A program made the translations under genes and the position numbers. The notes below the pieces were generated by a model. It saw nothing but the letters and a program-made list of their open reading frames with translations. It was not told the origin of the DNA and searched no databases. Shown here piece after piece: positions 11,854 to 21,651 of a stretch of 64,000 nucleotides of DNA (within the stretch, counting starts at the first letter, position 1; every line of letters begins with the position of its first letter). The stretch is from assembly GCA_963765495.1 (NCBI GenBank), contig CAVXWP010000001.1, positions 608,001 to 672,000 of the forward strand. Reading direction: 5' to 3'. The stretch comes from Blastocatellia bacterium. GTDB lineage: Bacteria; Acidobacteriota; Blastocatellia; UBA7656.

Positions 11854-13845
11854 TTATCGGCCCGGCCCGTTATCGGTTCTGAATGGAGAGGCCGGAAGCC
11901 CCGCGCCGTTGTAGAGGTTCGTCGCCGGGTTGTCGGCCCACGCATAACGCACCGCCTTCGGCTGCGCGACCGATTCGCTCCATACTACTACCTCATTGCC
12001 CTCGATCTTTGCGCTCGCCCAGACAAATTTCCCGTCCGCGCCCGCAATAGAAAATCCCTCGACCGCCGCGCCGTCCGTAGTGCGCAGCCCCTCGGCGTGC
12101 GAGAACTTTATTCGCGCCCTGTCGCCTTCGACCGTAAACGATTTGTAGAGCGGTCCTGAAAACTCGACCGCTTGCCCGTAGGTCTTTGCCAGCGCCCAGA
12201 GCGCGAGGCGATGGCCCACATCCTGTTTGTTTTTCGGATGAATGTCGTTTGCCTCGCCGATGTCGATAATGACCGCCATGCCGGTCGCGGGTTCCTTGAG
12301 CGTCATCAATTGCGCCTCGCGCAGTTCGGCCCAGTCGCTTGGGCCGGGCTCCGGTTTTCGCGCCTGAAAATTTGCAAGCTGAACAAAAAGGAATGGAAAG
12401 TCTCCTTCGCCCCACTGAGCGCGCCAGTTGCGAATCATCGCGGGGAAAAGAGTCTGATACTGCCGGGCGCGGTTGGCGTTTGATTCGCCCTGATACCAGA
12501 TCGCGCCGCGAATACGGTAGGGAGTGAGCGGCGCAAGCATCGCGTTGTAAAGCACGGTCGGGGTATTCGGGTTGCCCGCCCCGGCCGGAGCTACGGGTTG
12601 CTTTGAGAAATCCACTTTTATCGGCTCGATGCTTGTCTCTATCTTGTAGAGCCAGTCACCGGCAAGCGAGATGGGCGACCCGCCCGCAACCGTGAGCGTC
12701 ATATCGGCTCCCGCGCCGCTAAAGCCTCCATCCCCGTAATGATCGAAAGCGCGCACGGCGATCACATTGCGACCGGCGCGGACGAGCGAGCCGGGAACAG
12801 TGTATTTTCTTGGAGCCATATAAAAATTCGGCGTTTCGCGGCCCGTCGAGCCAACCTTTGTGCCGTTGAAATAGGTTGTGTCGAAATCGTCTATGGCTCC
12901 GAGGCTGAGCGCAAGCTCTTTTCCGGCCCAATCTGCCGGAACATCTACGACCTTGCGAAACCAGACCGAGCCGTCAATGGCAAGCCCCGCCGATTCCCAG
13001 TGTTGCGGCAATCGCATCTTTTTCCAGTCTTCATCGGAAAAATCGGGCCGGGCGTACCCAAGATCGAACCCTTTGTTTCCGGGGTCGTGCGCGAAATTCT
13101 CATCTTCCCACTTCGCCTGCGCCGCCTCGTATTCACGCATCGCCGAAGGAAGGTCTTTCGCGGCGAGGTCCAGAGCTTCGGTCATAGGTCGAAGTTCAGG
13201 GCTGGCCGCAAGCGTCTCGCGGCTGGTCCACGCTTCGGCGGGTGTGCCTCCCCACGAAGAGTGAATAAGCCCGACGGGAACCTTGAGTTTGTCGTGCAAA
13301 TCGCGGCCAAAGAAATATGCGACGGCCGAAAATGTCCCGGCTGTCTCGGGCGTGCACGCGACCCATCGGCCCTCGACATCGTCGCGCGGTTCGAGCGAAG
13401 TTGCTTTCGTCACGGTAAAGAGCCGAATATCGGGATAATTTGCCCGCGCCACTTCGTCTGCGCCGTGAATCACATTCTGAAGCTGCCATTCCATGTTTGA
13501 TTGACCCGAGCCGACCCACACTTCGCCGACCAGGACGTTTTTGATGACGATAGTGTTCTTTCCGGCTATCGTCATCTCGAACGGGCCGCCCGCTTTGAAC
13601 GGGCCGATCTGCGCCTCCCAATGCCCTTTAGCGTCGGCCACAGCCATCGCCTGCTTGCCTGCCATCATAACCTTCACGCGCTCGGATGGCGCGGCCCATC
13701 CCCACACACGAGCCTTTACGCCCTGTTGAACGACCATGTTATCGCCTATGAGCGCAGGCAATTTCACATCTGCTCGCGTGGGCGAGGCGAAGGCTATAGT
13801 CAGACATAGGATTGAAATCGTCATAATCACGTGGTTGAATTTCAT
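11854..13845 (-). CDS. Secreted sialate O-acetylesterase (SASA domain with inserted sugar-binding domain)
   Basis: GEVWVGSGQSNMEW, WGGTPAEAW, IWYQGESNA, DIHPKNK, VRYAW. Confidence 0.92.
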   Translation of the reverse strand: MKFNHVIMTISILCLTIAFASPTRADVKLPALIGDNMVVQQGVKARVWGWAAPSERVKVMMAGKQAMAVADAKGHWEAQIGPFKAGGPFEMTIAGKNTIVIKNVLVGEVWVGSGQSNMEWQLQNVIHGADEVARANYPDIRLFTVTKATSLEPRDDVEGRWVACTPETAGTFSAVAYFFGRDLHDKLKVPVGLIHSSWGGTPAEAWTSRETLAASPELRPMTEALDLAAKDLPSAMREYEAAQAKWEDENFAHDPGNKGFDLGYARPDFSDEDWKKMRLPQHWESAGLAIDGSVWFRKVVDVPADWAGKELALSLGAIDDFDTTYFNGTKVGSTGRETPNFYMAPRKYTVPGSLVRAGRNVIAVRAFDHYGDGGFSGAGADMTLTVAGGSPISLAGDWLYKIETSIEPIKVDFSKQPVAPAGAGNPNTPTVLYNAMLAPLTPYRIRGAIWYQGESNANRARQYQTLFPAMIRNWRAQWGEGDFPFLFVQLANFQARKPEPGPSDWAELREAQLMTLKEPATGMAVIIDIGEANDIHPKNKQDVGHRLALWALAKTYGQAVEFSGPLYKSFTVEGDRARIKFSHAEGLRTTDGAAVEGFSIAGADGKFVWASAKIEGNEVVVWSESVAQPKAVRYAWADNPATNLYNGAGLPASPFRTDNGPGR

Positions 13846-14147
13846 ATTTCTATTATTGCGCGGCGTGACACCTGGGCCGCTCTCCTTTCTCGTGTGATCG
13901 AATTGCCGGATGAGCCAAAGCATATACTCAACCGACCGGGTTCGTAAAAGCATTTTGAAGCAAAAGGCCGGGCATCCACCCGAAGCCTTCTGGACAAACC
14001 GAGATATTTAGTGAAAATAGAGTGAGTGAGCGGACACCATCATCTCACGGCTGTCGAGCATTACAACTAATCTTTAACTGGAGAATACAGACGCAGATGA
14101 CAACCCGAATCCAGCGATTGTCACTCTGCTGAAATAAGAAACAGACT

Positions 14148-15530
14148 ATGAAACGAACCACGATCTTTGGCCTCGCGGCCTGCGGCGCGGCACTCTGGGC
14201 GGCGCAAACCATACTGGCCAGTCCTGAAACACCTCACGAGGGCGCGGCCGAGGCTTCGCACGGCGCGCTCGATCCGATGGTGCTCTTAGGCATCGCGGTA
14301 ATCCTGATAGTAGCCAAGCTGGGCGGCGAGTTGTTCGAGCGATTTCATCAGCCCGCTGTCCTGGGAGAGCTTATCAGCGGCATCATCGTAGGCAATCTCG
14401 CGCTGGTCGGATTCACTATGGCCGAGCCTTTGAAAAGCGATGCGGTCATAGGCGCGCTGGCCGAGATCGGAGTCATCATCCTGCTGTTTGAAGTGGGGCT
14501 GGAATCGAATCTCGGTGAGATGCTGGAAGTCGGATGGTCGTCTCTGTTCGTAGCCGTGGCGGGCGTGATCGCTCCCTTTTTCCTCGGGTGGGGCGTGGCG
14601 GCTTACTTTATCCCCGACGAAGCGGAACTGGGTCACATCTTCATAGGCGCTACGCTTTGCGCCACCAGCGTAGGCATCACTGCGCGAGTGCTGAAAGACA
14701 TGGGCAAGCTCGATGCGCGCGAGTCTCGAATCATTCTGGGCGCGGCCGTGATTGACGACGTTTTGGGATTGCTGATTCTCGCCGTTGTGGCGGGCGCTAT
14801 CAATTCGGCCTCAACCGGGCAGGCGCTCTCGGCGCTCGACGTAATCATAATAGCGGGCAAAGCGATTCTGTTTCTGATCGGAGCAATCCTACTCGGGCAC
14901 TTCGTCGTGCCGCGTCTGTTTCATAACGCCGGGCGACTTGAAAGCCGGGGCGTGCTTCTGGCGCTGGCCATCTCTTTTTGTTTCGTGCTTGCGTGGATAG
15001 CATCTCGCGTAGGGCTTGCGCCGATTGTAGGAGCATTCGCCGCCGGGCTTGTGCTCGACGAAGCCTACTTCGATAAATTCCGTCAGAAAGGCGAGCATTC
15101 GCTTGAGCATCTGCTCAAGCCAATAAGCGCGCTGCTTGTGCCGATATTTTTTGTGTTGATGGGATTAAAGGTCGATCTGCGCGCATTCGCCCGGCTCGAT
15201 CTGCTTGGCTTTGCGATGGTGCTGACGCTGGTCGCGATAATCGGCAAGCAGATATGCTCGCTCGCCGTGGCCGAGCGCAACCTCAACCGCCTCTCAATCG
15301 GGCTGGGGATGATACCGCGCGGCGAGGTAGGTCTGATTTTCGCAGGCATTGGAGCCACGTTGATGCTGCCCAACCTCGAAGGCGTGATGGAGCCGGTAAT
15401 CAGTTCAGGCACATTCGGCGCGGTGGTGATAATGGTCATCATCACTACGCTTGTCACACCGCCCGCGCTGAAATGGTCGCTTGACCGCACGCCTTCCGAG
15501 AAAGAAAAAAAGGTGGAAGAGAGCGTGTGA
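14148..15530 (+). CDS. Cation:proton antiporter (CPA2/KefB-like)
   Basis: QPAVLGEL, ATSVGIT, AAVIDDV, GAFAAG, GMIPRGEVG; many hydrophobic helices. Confidence 0.93.
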   Translation: MKRTTIFGLAACGAALWAAQTILASPETPHEGAAEASHGALDPMVLLGIAVILIVAKLGGELFERFHQPAVLGELISGIIVGNLALVGFTMAEPLKSDAVIGALAEIGVIILLFEVGLESNLGEMLEVGWSSLFVAVAGVIAPFFLGWGVAAYFIPDEAELGHIFIGATLCATSVGITARVLKDMGKLDARESRIILGAAVIDDVLGLLILAVVAGAINSASTGQALSALDVIIIAGKAILFLIGAILLGHFVVPRLFHNAGRLESRGVLLALAISFCFVLAWIASRVGLAPIVGAFAAGLVLDEAYFDKFRQKGEHSLEHLLKPISALLVPIFFVLMGLKVDLRAFARLDLLGFAMVLTLVAIIGKQICSLAVAERNLNRLSIGLGMIPRGEVGLIFAGIGATLMLPNLEGVMEPVISSGTFGAVVIMVIITTLVTPPALKWSLDRTPSEKEKKVEESV

Positions 15531-15540
15531 CCCGCGCTCC

Positions 15541-15847
15541 GTGATGCGTGAAGAGTGATGCGTGATTTAGCAGGCTTGCATGTAATCTTTATCAGGAGGT
15601 CTGCTAAATTATTCCGCAAGAGATTGGTACAAATGAAATTGAATGAAAGGCAAATTGAAATAGGCCGCGGATTTACGCGGATGCGGCGGATTAGCGCGGA
15701 TTAGATCAAATTGGGACTGATCCGCGTAAATCCGTCGCATCCGCGTCATCCGTGGTCTATTTCTACTCACCCTATGTTGGAGTTTCGCTTGTACCAATCT
15801 TGTGCATTTCGATTTAGAAAGTCACGAATCAAGCATCACTCTTCACG
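15541..15847. repeat. Nested composite inverted-repeat element between convergent genes
   Basis: Outer arms 15547-15561/15833-15847 (TGATGCG-type), middle arms 15621-15632/15789-15800, inner (CGGAT)-rich REP 15657-15763. Confidence 0.75.
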
Positions 15848-15870
15848 TGAGCGCACCATTGCCGTTTTTT

Positions 15871-17580
15871 TCAACTTCCAAGCTTCAATATCGCATCGCG
15901 GAGCCGCGCGTGTTTCCGAAGCAGATTGACATACTGCCATTCGTCCGCGCCTCCTTTGGCCCGAATTATTCGAACGAGACCGCTCTTTTCAGCAGCGGTC
16001 CAGTTTTTCAGATCGGGGATGAGGGCAAGCACCAGCGCGAGATTTTCAAACGCCCGCAGCTCGTTCGGTCTCCATCTGTCACGCTGAATTTCGAGCGCGC
16101 GGGCGACTTCCTTTATTGAGGCCGCTCGGACACGCGCCGCGTCCGAGTCAAACTCTTCCGCCATGCGATGCTGAACCGCGAGGGCCAGATTGCGTACCTG
16201 AAAATTGTCCCAATCGCCACCGGGTGATCCGGGCATCTCGAAGACTACGTGCCCGGACGAAAGACGCCGAAGAGTCTTAACAGATGTTCTGTACCCGGGT
16301 CTGGATTTTATCTTCTTCTCTTCGGCGAGAGTCAGTTTCAAAAGCTCCGGCTTTACGGGGCGGAAACCGAGCTTACGGTAAAACCAGAATGCGCCCGACT
16401 CGATTGCCTCTTCGTTGTTGTAACCTACCTGATAAGGGTCTATCGAGATCGTCGTCACACCGAGAACCTGATTTAGAAGTTTGAGCGCCCGCCCGTACAC
16501 CCACGCCGATTCGCCTTCGCGAAATGTGTAGAAAGTATTGAAGCCGATCTCCATACGTTCAAACAGCGTAATGCCCTCGATGTAATTTATCGGCACACCG
16601 TTTTTGAGCGTAAACCCTGCCGCATACCCTCGCAGCGGCAACCGGCGTTCGGGCGCAAGCCCCCACAAAAAAATGCTTGTGCCTCGACCCATATCGGCTT
16701 GCACTGCGGTTTTCGGGTCGCCGTTTGTGATGCCGTAAAGCTCTCGATACCTGACCGCCGTCGCCTCCTTCACCATATCGAGTATCGCTTCGCCTTCACT
16801 CGGCCTCAGCCTCTCAAGTTCCAGGGGCGGCGAATCAAGCTCCTGAACGATATCAACATCGCTGCGGCGAAGAAGCGCGCCCGTGTGATAAAAGACCTCC
16901 GGCACCCGGCGTTTCAACGCCGTGCGCGAAACCGGGAGTTCCTGCATTTCCCATCTGAGGGGCAATTCCATCAAATCGTAAAGCTGCGCTTTCTCTCTAT
17001 GCGCAAGCGGCAGGCGGTCAAAGCCGCGAAGAAGCAATGAAAGATCCGATTCGTCTCGCGCTTTTGCGGCGCGGAGCCAGTCAAGATAAGGGATGTTCGC
17101 CTCGACGAGCGAGTCTTCTTCAAGCAGAGGGAGCAGGCGGGGCCAGACAGAGCCCAGCCGTTCTTTCTTCTCGTAGCGATCCCAATCAACCTCGACCCTT
17201 TCAGGAAAACGTCTGACCAGAAAGCGCGCGATTTCGTAGCTGAACGTGCCCGAAAGCGCGGTTCCGGCGATGCCCGAATATTCAATGTAATTGAACGGCG
17301 TGAGGTCTGCGCCCGTCGAGCGAAGATGTTCTACGCGCGAGGAAAACCCGGCGACGAGGTCTTCGACCCTGCCGAGCACTTCCCTGCTCTGCGGGTATGC
17401 GCGCAAAAAAAGTAGCGCCTCGTGAAGACGTATGAGCGAAAGCGCGTCGGGGAAATTCCTGCGAGCAAGCTCAGTGAGCAACTTCTCTACGCGTTTGCCG
17501 TCGCCCTTATTGAAATGGCGCTTTGCTTCTTCGAGTTGTGAAAGAAGATCATCGAGTGTTCTGGGCGGCATAATTTTCAC
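15871..17580 (-). CDS. Conserved-looking hypothetical protein with GNAT-like C-terminal motif
   Basis: 569-aa ORF starting 10 bp after the cinA stop; contains AIESGAFWFYRKLGFRP. Confidence 0.75.
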   Translation of the reverse strand: MKIMPPRTLDDLLSQLEEAKRHFNKGDGKRVEKLLTELARRNFPDALSLIRLHEALLFLRAYPQSREVLGRVEDLVAGFSSRVEHLRSTGADLTPFNYIEYSGIAGTALSGTFSYEIARFLVRRFPERVEVDWDRYEKKERLGSVWPRLLPLLEEDSLVEANIPYLDWLRAAKARDESDLSLLLRGFDRLPLAHREKAQLYDLMELPLRWEMQELPVSRTALKRRVPEVFYHTGALLRRSDVDIVQELDSPPLELERLRPSEGEAILDMVKEATAVRYRELYGITNGDPKTAVQADMGRGTSIFLWGLAPERRLPLRGYAAGFTLKNGVPINYIEGITLFERMEIGFNTFYTFREGESAWVYGRALKLLNQVLGVTTISIDPYQVGYNNEEAIESGAFWFYRKLGFRPVKPELLKLTLAEEKKIKSRPGYRTSVKTLRRLSSGHVVFEMPGSPGGDWDNFQVRNLALAVQHRMAEEFDSDAARVRAASIKEVARALEIQRDRWRPNELRAFENLALVLALIPDLKNWTAAEKSGLVRIIRAKGGADEWQYVNLLRKHARLRDAILKLGS

Positions 17581-17590
17581 AGAGTACTTT

Positions 17591-18829
17591 TCATAGCAGG
17601 TAGCGGCGGCGAATCATTTCAAGCGCAGCCGTGGAAGCGCGCCATCTTATCAGGTGACGGTCGCCCGGCAAAATCAATCGCCGGTTGAACGTGCCTACGT
17701 CGTCGGCCAGCCCTATGTAAACGGTCCCAACCGGCACGGCATCGGTTCCGCCGCCGGGGCCTGCGATTCCCGTCACGCTTACGCCGATGGTAGCATTCGT
17801 CCGCTCTTTGATGGCTCGCGCCATCGCCTCGGCCACCTCCCCGCTCACCGGCCCCTGACGCTCTATCACCTCCGACGGCACACCGAGTAATCGCGTTTTG
17901 GCTTCGTTTGTGTAGCTGACAACGCTGCCGACGAAATACTCGCTCGCGCCGGGAACCTGCGTGATTCGCTCGGCGATCAACCCGCCCGTGCAGCTTTCGG
18001 CGGTCGCCAGCGTGTAGCGTTTGAGCAGAAGGCGCTGGCCCATCACCTCTTCAAGCGTCTCGCCTCTGGTCGTGTAGAGATTGTCTCCCAGCTTCTCTTC
18101 AAGCTTGTCCGTAAGCTCATCGACAAGCTCCTCGGCGCGCTGGATGCTTTCAGCCGTCGCGGTCAGGTGTATTTCTATCTCCGAATCGGTAAACAGAATG
18201 GTTGTCAAAGGGTTGGTATACTGGCCGTAAATCGGCGCGATCATATCATCGAGCGCGGATTCGCCGATCCCGGTTACCCTCAGCAGTCGCTTTGCTATGC
18301 GCGTGCCGCGCGATTTTTTCTCAAGCGTCGGCATAACGAAATTATCAAACATCGGCTGGTTTTCACGCGGCGGACCGGGCAGCAAAATGATCAGCTTGCC
18401 CTCCTGCTCCATCAGTATCCCGGGCGCGGAGCCGTTCGGATTTGGCAGCACCGTCGCGTCGCGGGGTATCAATGCCTGGCGCTCGTTGTTGGGCGTCATC
18501 TGATAGCCCCGGCTCGCAAACCGCTCGCGTATCTCTTCAAGCACTTCGTAATTGAGCGTCAACTGCCGATTGGTGACGCGGGCAAAAACCTTGCGCGTGA
18601 TGTCGTCTTCGGTAGGCCCAAGCCCGCCCGTAGAGATTATTATCTCAGACCTCCGCAGCGCATCGCGGATGGTCTCTTCCATTCGGGGTTCGTCGTCGCC
18701 TACGACCGTCTTTAACATCACAACTATGCCTATGGAATTCAACCGCTCGGTCAGCCACAGTGAATTTGTGTCTGTGCGGTGTGGGGTCAGCAACTCCGAT
18801 CCGATGGCTACTATCTCAGCTTTCAACAT
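17591..18829 (-). CDS. cinA: Competence/damage-inducible protein A (MocF-like domain plus PncC NMN deamidase)
   Basis: GSELL...DTNS, TGGLGPTEDDIT, LPGPP, TAESCTGG, TGIAGPGGG. Confidence 0.95.
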   Translation of the reverse strand: MLKAEIVAIGSELLTPHRTDTNSLWLTERLNSIGIVVMLKTVVGDDEPRMEETIRDALRRSEIIISTGGLGPTEDDITRKVFARVTNRQLTLNYEVLEEIRERFASRGYQMTPNNERQALIPRDATVLPNPNGSAPGILMEQEGKLIILLPGPPRENQPMFDNFVMPTLEKKSRGTRIAKRLLRVTGIGESALDDMIAPIYGQYTNPLTTILFTDSEIEIHLTATAESIQRAEELVDELTDKLEEKLGDNLYTTRGETLEEVMGQRLLLKRYTLATAESCTGGLIAERITQVPGASEYFVGSVVSYTNEAKTRLLGVPSEVIERQGPVSGEVAEAMARAIKERTNATIGVSVTGIAGPGGGTDAVPVGTVYIGLADDVGTFNRRLILPGDRHLIRWRASTAALEMIRRRYLL

Positions 18830-18833
18830 ATAT

Positions 18834-19565
18834 TCACCTGTAGAGCCTTTGCTCGTTTATATACTGCTCGGCCGCTGCGGGCACAAGCCCCGTAATCGAC
18901 TCTCCCGCCCGGAGTCGCTCTCTCACCTCGGTTGCCGAGCGCTCGCCCAGATACTCAGGGAAATCGAGATACAGCACGCGCTCGTGAAACCAGGCTGGCT
19001 CTCGACTGATGAGAGCTTTAACATCTTTCAGGTCCGCGCCTGACCGGCTTGCGACTATCAGGCTGCTGTTTTCAAAAAGGTATTCAAGAGATTCCCGGCG
19101 GTCGTTGAATTTCCTGTGATAGGCGGGCGTGTATCTGTTTTCGGGATCGAGCACGCGCTCGAATGTATCGAAGCCGAGTATGAAGTGCAACTCGGTTTGC
19201 GGAGGGTAAATCAATTTGAGCGCCTCTACAAGATCGACGAAGTAAGCGTGCGATGCCAGACCTACAGACACGCGAGGGTCATCATCGAAGGTGAGAACAA
19301 GCATCCGCAGTCGATCTTCGAGCGAGCAGGCATAATCGGACTTATCCGCATTGGCCTTGCTTGCGAGCACGAGCGTTGAATCGAGCGAGAATTGCCGGGC
19401 AGCGCGTCTGACAAGCTCGATGTGAGCTATGGTCACGGGATTGAACGAAGAAGCAAAAACGCCGAGGCGAGGCCCTCTCATCTGTGCTTGCTTGATAAGC
19501 TTGATTTCGGGGTAGCCCGCCGCGCCCGTTTGATCAATTATCTGTTTGAGGTTACCCCGTTCCAT
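18834..19565 (-). CDS. Nicotinate/nicotinamide-nucleotide adenylyltransferase (Pof1-like variant)
   Basis: SSFNPVTIAH, NADK, ILGFDT, SATEVR, YINEQRLY; the real start is downstream of pgpA (ATG at 19565). Confidence 0.8.
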   Translation of the reverse strand: MERGNLKQIIDQTGAAGYPEIKLIKQAQMRGPRLGVFASSFNPVTIAHIELVRRAARQFSLDSTLVLASKANADKSDYACSLEDRLRMLVLTFDDDPRVSVGLASHAYFVDLVEALKLIYPPQTELHFILGFDTFERVLDPENRYTPAYHRKFNDRRESLEYLFENSSLIVASRSGADLKDVKALISREPAWFHERVLYLDFPEYLGERSATEVRERLRAGESITGLVPAAAEQYINEQRLYR

Positions 19566-19585
19566 AGCGATGCCGAAAGCATAGC

Positions 19586-20065
19586 TTACAACAGATGAGC
19601 CAACTGTCCCAGCCAGACAAGCACCGCCGCATAGACGCCCGCGAGCGCGTCGTCGCTCATCACACCCAGTCCCGCGTGAAAGTGTTCGAGTTTGCGAATC
19701 GGGTAAGGCTTGAATATGTCGAAGAGGCGAAACAGAACGAAGGCCGCGATCACCCCAACAACCGAAGGCGCAACCGCCATAGGCACAAGCGAGATCAACT
19801 GCCCGCTCACCTCGTCGATCACGACCTGACCCGGGTCTTCCAGTCCGCAAATCTCGCACGCGCGGTTTGCGGCCCACACTCCCACAACGTAGACGACTAT
19901 ATTGACCGCTATGAGCAATAACAGAAAACCGCGCGGCGAAAGCGGCAGCGCGCTCATAGCCAGAAACAACCCCACGCCCTCGATAGCGCCAAAAGTCCCC
20001 GGGGCCAGGGGCGCAAACCCTGCTCCGAACCCGGTCGCTATGAAGTAGGCAAAACGATTCAGCAT
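19586..20065 (-). CDS. pgpA: Phosphatidylglycerophosphatase A
   Basis: APGTFG, DPGQVVIDE, LFRLFDIFKPYPI, GVMSDD. Confidence 0.95.
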   Translation of the reverse strand: MLNRFAYFIATGFGAGFAPLAPGTFGAIEGVGLFLAMSALPLSPRGFLLLLIAVNIVVYVVGVWAANRACEICGLEDPGQVVIDEVSGQLISLVPMAVAPSVVGVIAAFVLFRLFDIFKPYPIRKLEHFHAGLGVMSDDALAGVYAAVLVWLGQLAHLL

Positions 20066-20114
20066 AGAAGAGGGACCAGGGGCCGACTGGCGCATGATGC
20101 GCTATCGCGCGGCG

Positions 20115-20192
20115 CGGGGCTGGGGGCCAGTCTGCTGCAAGAGAAACAGTCATCTTAGCCCGGAGCCCCCGGCCCCTGACCCCCGGCCCCCG
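20115..20192. repeat. GC-rich heptamer-type tandem/inverted repeats in the rimO-pgpA spacer
   Basis: GGGGCTGGGGGCCAG ... CCCCCGGCCCCTGACCCCCGGCCCCCG, roughly 7-nt periodicity with opposite-strand arms. Confidence 0.5.
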
Positions 20193-20193
20193 A

Positions 20194-21552
20194 CTAAACG
20201 ATTCTTCCGATCAAATCGTAATCGTGCGCTTCGGTAATCTCTACGGTGACGAAATCGCCCGGCTGCGCCAGCCGGTCTTCCTCCACATCGTTGATCAGAA
20301 TTGATCCGTCAATCTCGGGCGCTTGAGATTGCATGCGGCCTTCAAGCAACAGGTCGCTTTCTTTCGAACGACCTTCGAGCAGGACCGGCACGCGGCGGCC
20401 TACGAGCGAGCGGTTTTTGCGCCTTGAAATCCGCGCCTGCTCTTTCATCAAACGGCGCTCGCGGTTTTTCATCGTTGCCTGATCCACTTTTTCATTGAGC
20501 GCAAAGGCAGCCGAGTTCTCTTCATCCGAATAGGTGAATACGCCCACGCGGTCGAACTCTACTGCGCGAGTAAAATCAAGAAGCTCTTCGAAGTCCTCTT
20601 CGCGCTCGCCCGGGAAACCGACTATGAAGGTAGTACGAACGGCAACATCGGGCACGCGCTTTCGTATGCGCTCGATCATGCGTTCGTAAGAACCGCGCCC
20701 GCCGCCTCTGCGCATGCGCTGAAGCACTCGGCGGCTCGCGTGCTGGAGCGGTATATCGAAGTATGAGCAGACGTTCGGGCGTTCGGCCATCACGCGCAGC
20801 AACTCGTCCGAGATGCCTGTCGGATAGCAATAAAGAAATCTGATCCAGTCGAGGCCGCCAATGTCGGCAAGCGAGTCAAGCAGGCGGGCGAGTCCGTCCT
20901 TAAGAGCGAGGTCTGTGCCGTAGTTGACCGTGTCCTGCGAGATGAGAACTACTTCCCTGACGCCCTGAGCCGCGAGCATTTCGGCCTCTCTCAGGATCGA
21001 TTCGGGCGAACGCGAACGAAAGGTGCCGCGCAAGCGTGGGATTATGCAAAACGCGCAGGTGTGATCGCACCCTTCGGCTATTTTTATGTATGAAGTGTAT
21101 GGCGCGGTGGCGCGAATGCGCGGCGTGGTTTCATCATAAAGATAAAGCTCCGGGGCGGAGGCTCCTTCGCTGTAAACGGGAAGCTTTCTTCGACCGCCCG
21201 GCTCGGCCACGTCCAGAATATCTTCCAGTTGATTGACTCCGATGCAGGCGTCTATCTCGGGTATCTCGCGCTGAAGCTCGTCCTTGTATCGTTCGACCAG
21301 ACATCCGGCGACGATCAATCGCTTGAGATTGCCCGATTGTTTGAGGCCGGCCATCTCGAGGATCGTGTCTACGGATTCCTGCCGCGCAGAGTCGATGAAT
21401 CCGCACGTGTTGACGACGAGTATATCGGCCCGGTCGCGGTCGGCAGTCAGTTCATACCCTTTGCGGGCGAGCATGCCAAGCATCACCTCGCTGTCAACAA
21501 GGTTCTTCGGGCAGCCCAGGCTCACCATTCCTACTCTCTTTTTTTCAGCCAT
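20194..21552 (-). CDS. rimO: Ribosomal protein S12 methylthiotransferase
   Basis: SLGCPKNLVDSE, NTCGFI, radical-SAM CDHTCAFC, APEIDG TRAM domain. Confidence 0.97.
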   Translation of the reverse strand: MAEKKRVGMVSLGCPKNLVDSEVMLGMLARKGYELTADRDRADILVVNTCGFIDSARQESVDTILEMAGLKQSGNLKRLIVAGCLVERYKDELQREIPEIDACIGVNQLEDILDVAEPGGRRKLPVYSEGASAPELYLYDETTPRIRATAPYTSYIKIAEGCDHTCAFCIIPRLRGTFRSRSPESILREAEMLAAQGVREVVLISQDTVNYGTDLALKDGLARLLDSLADIGGLDWIRFLYCYPTGISDELLRVMAERPNVCSYFDIPLQHASRRVLQRMRRGGGRGSYERMIERIRKRVPDVAVRTTFIVGFPGEREEDFEELLDFTRAVEFDRVGVFTYSDEENSAAFALNEKVDQATMKNRERRLMKEQARISRRKNRSLVGRRVPVLLEGRSKESDLLLEGRMQSQAPEIDGSILINDVEEDRLAQPGDFVTVEITEAHDYDLIGRIV

Positions 21553-21651
21553 GTACTTCTTCTCTTAAGTCCTTCAGGTCAGCGATTTGCGCGCTGAGGT
21601 AAACAACCATATTAAATCATCGGCTGAAGATTTGCCAGCATGGACTGTAGA

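Noticed and set aside
15657-15763. Possible CRISPR array among the short repeats
   Set aside because: The repeats are palindromic or tandem without unique constant-length spacers; no cas genes are present.
19566-20153. Long N-terminal extension of the adenylyltransferase ORF
   Set aside because: It overlaps pgpA in another frame and reads as non-protein-like; the real start is likely ATG 19565.
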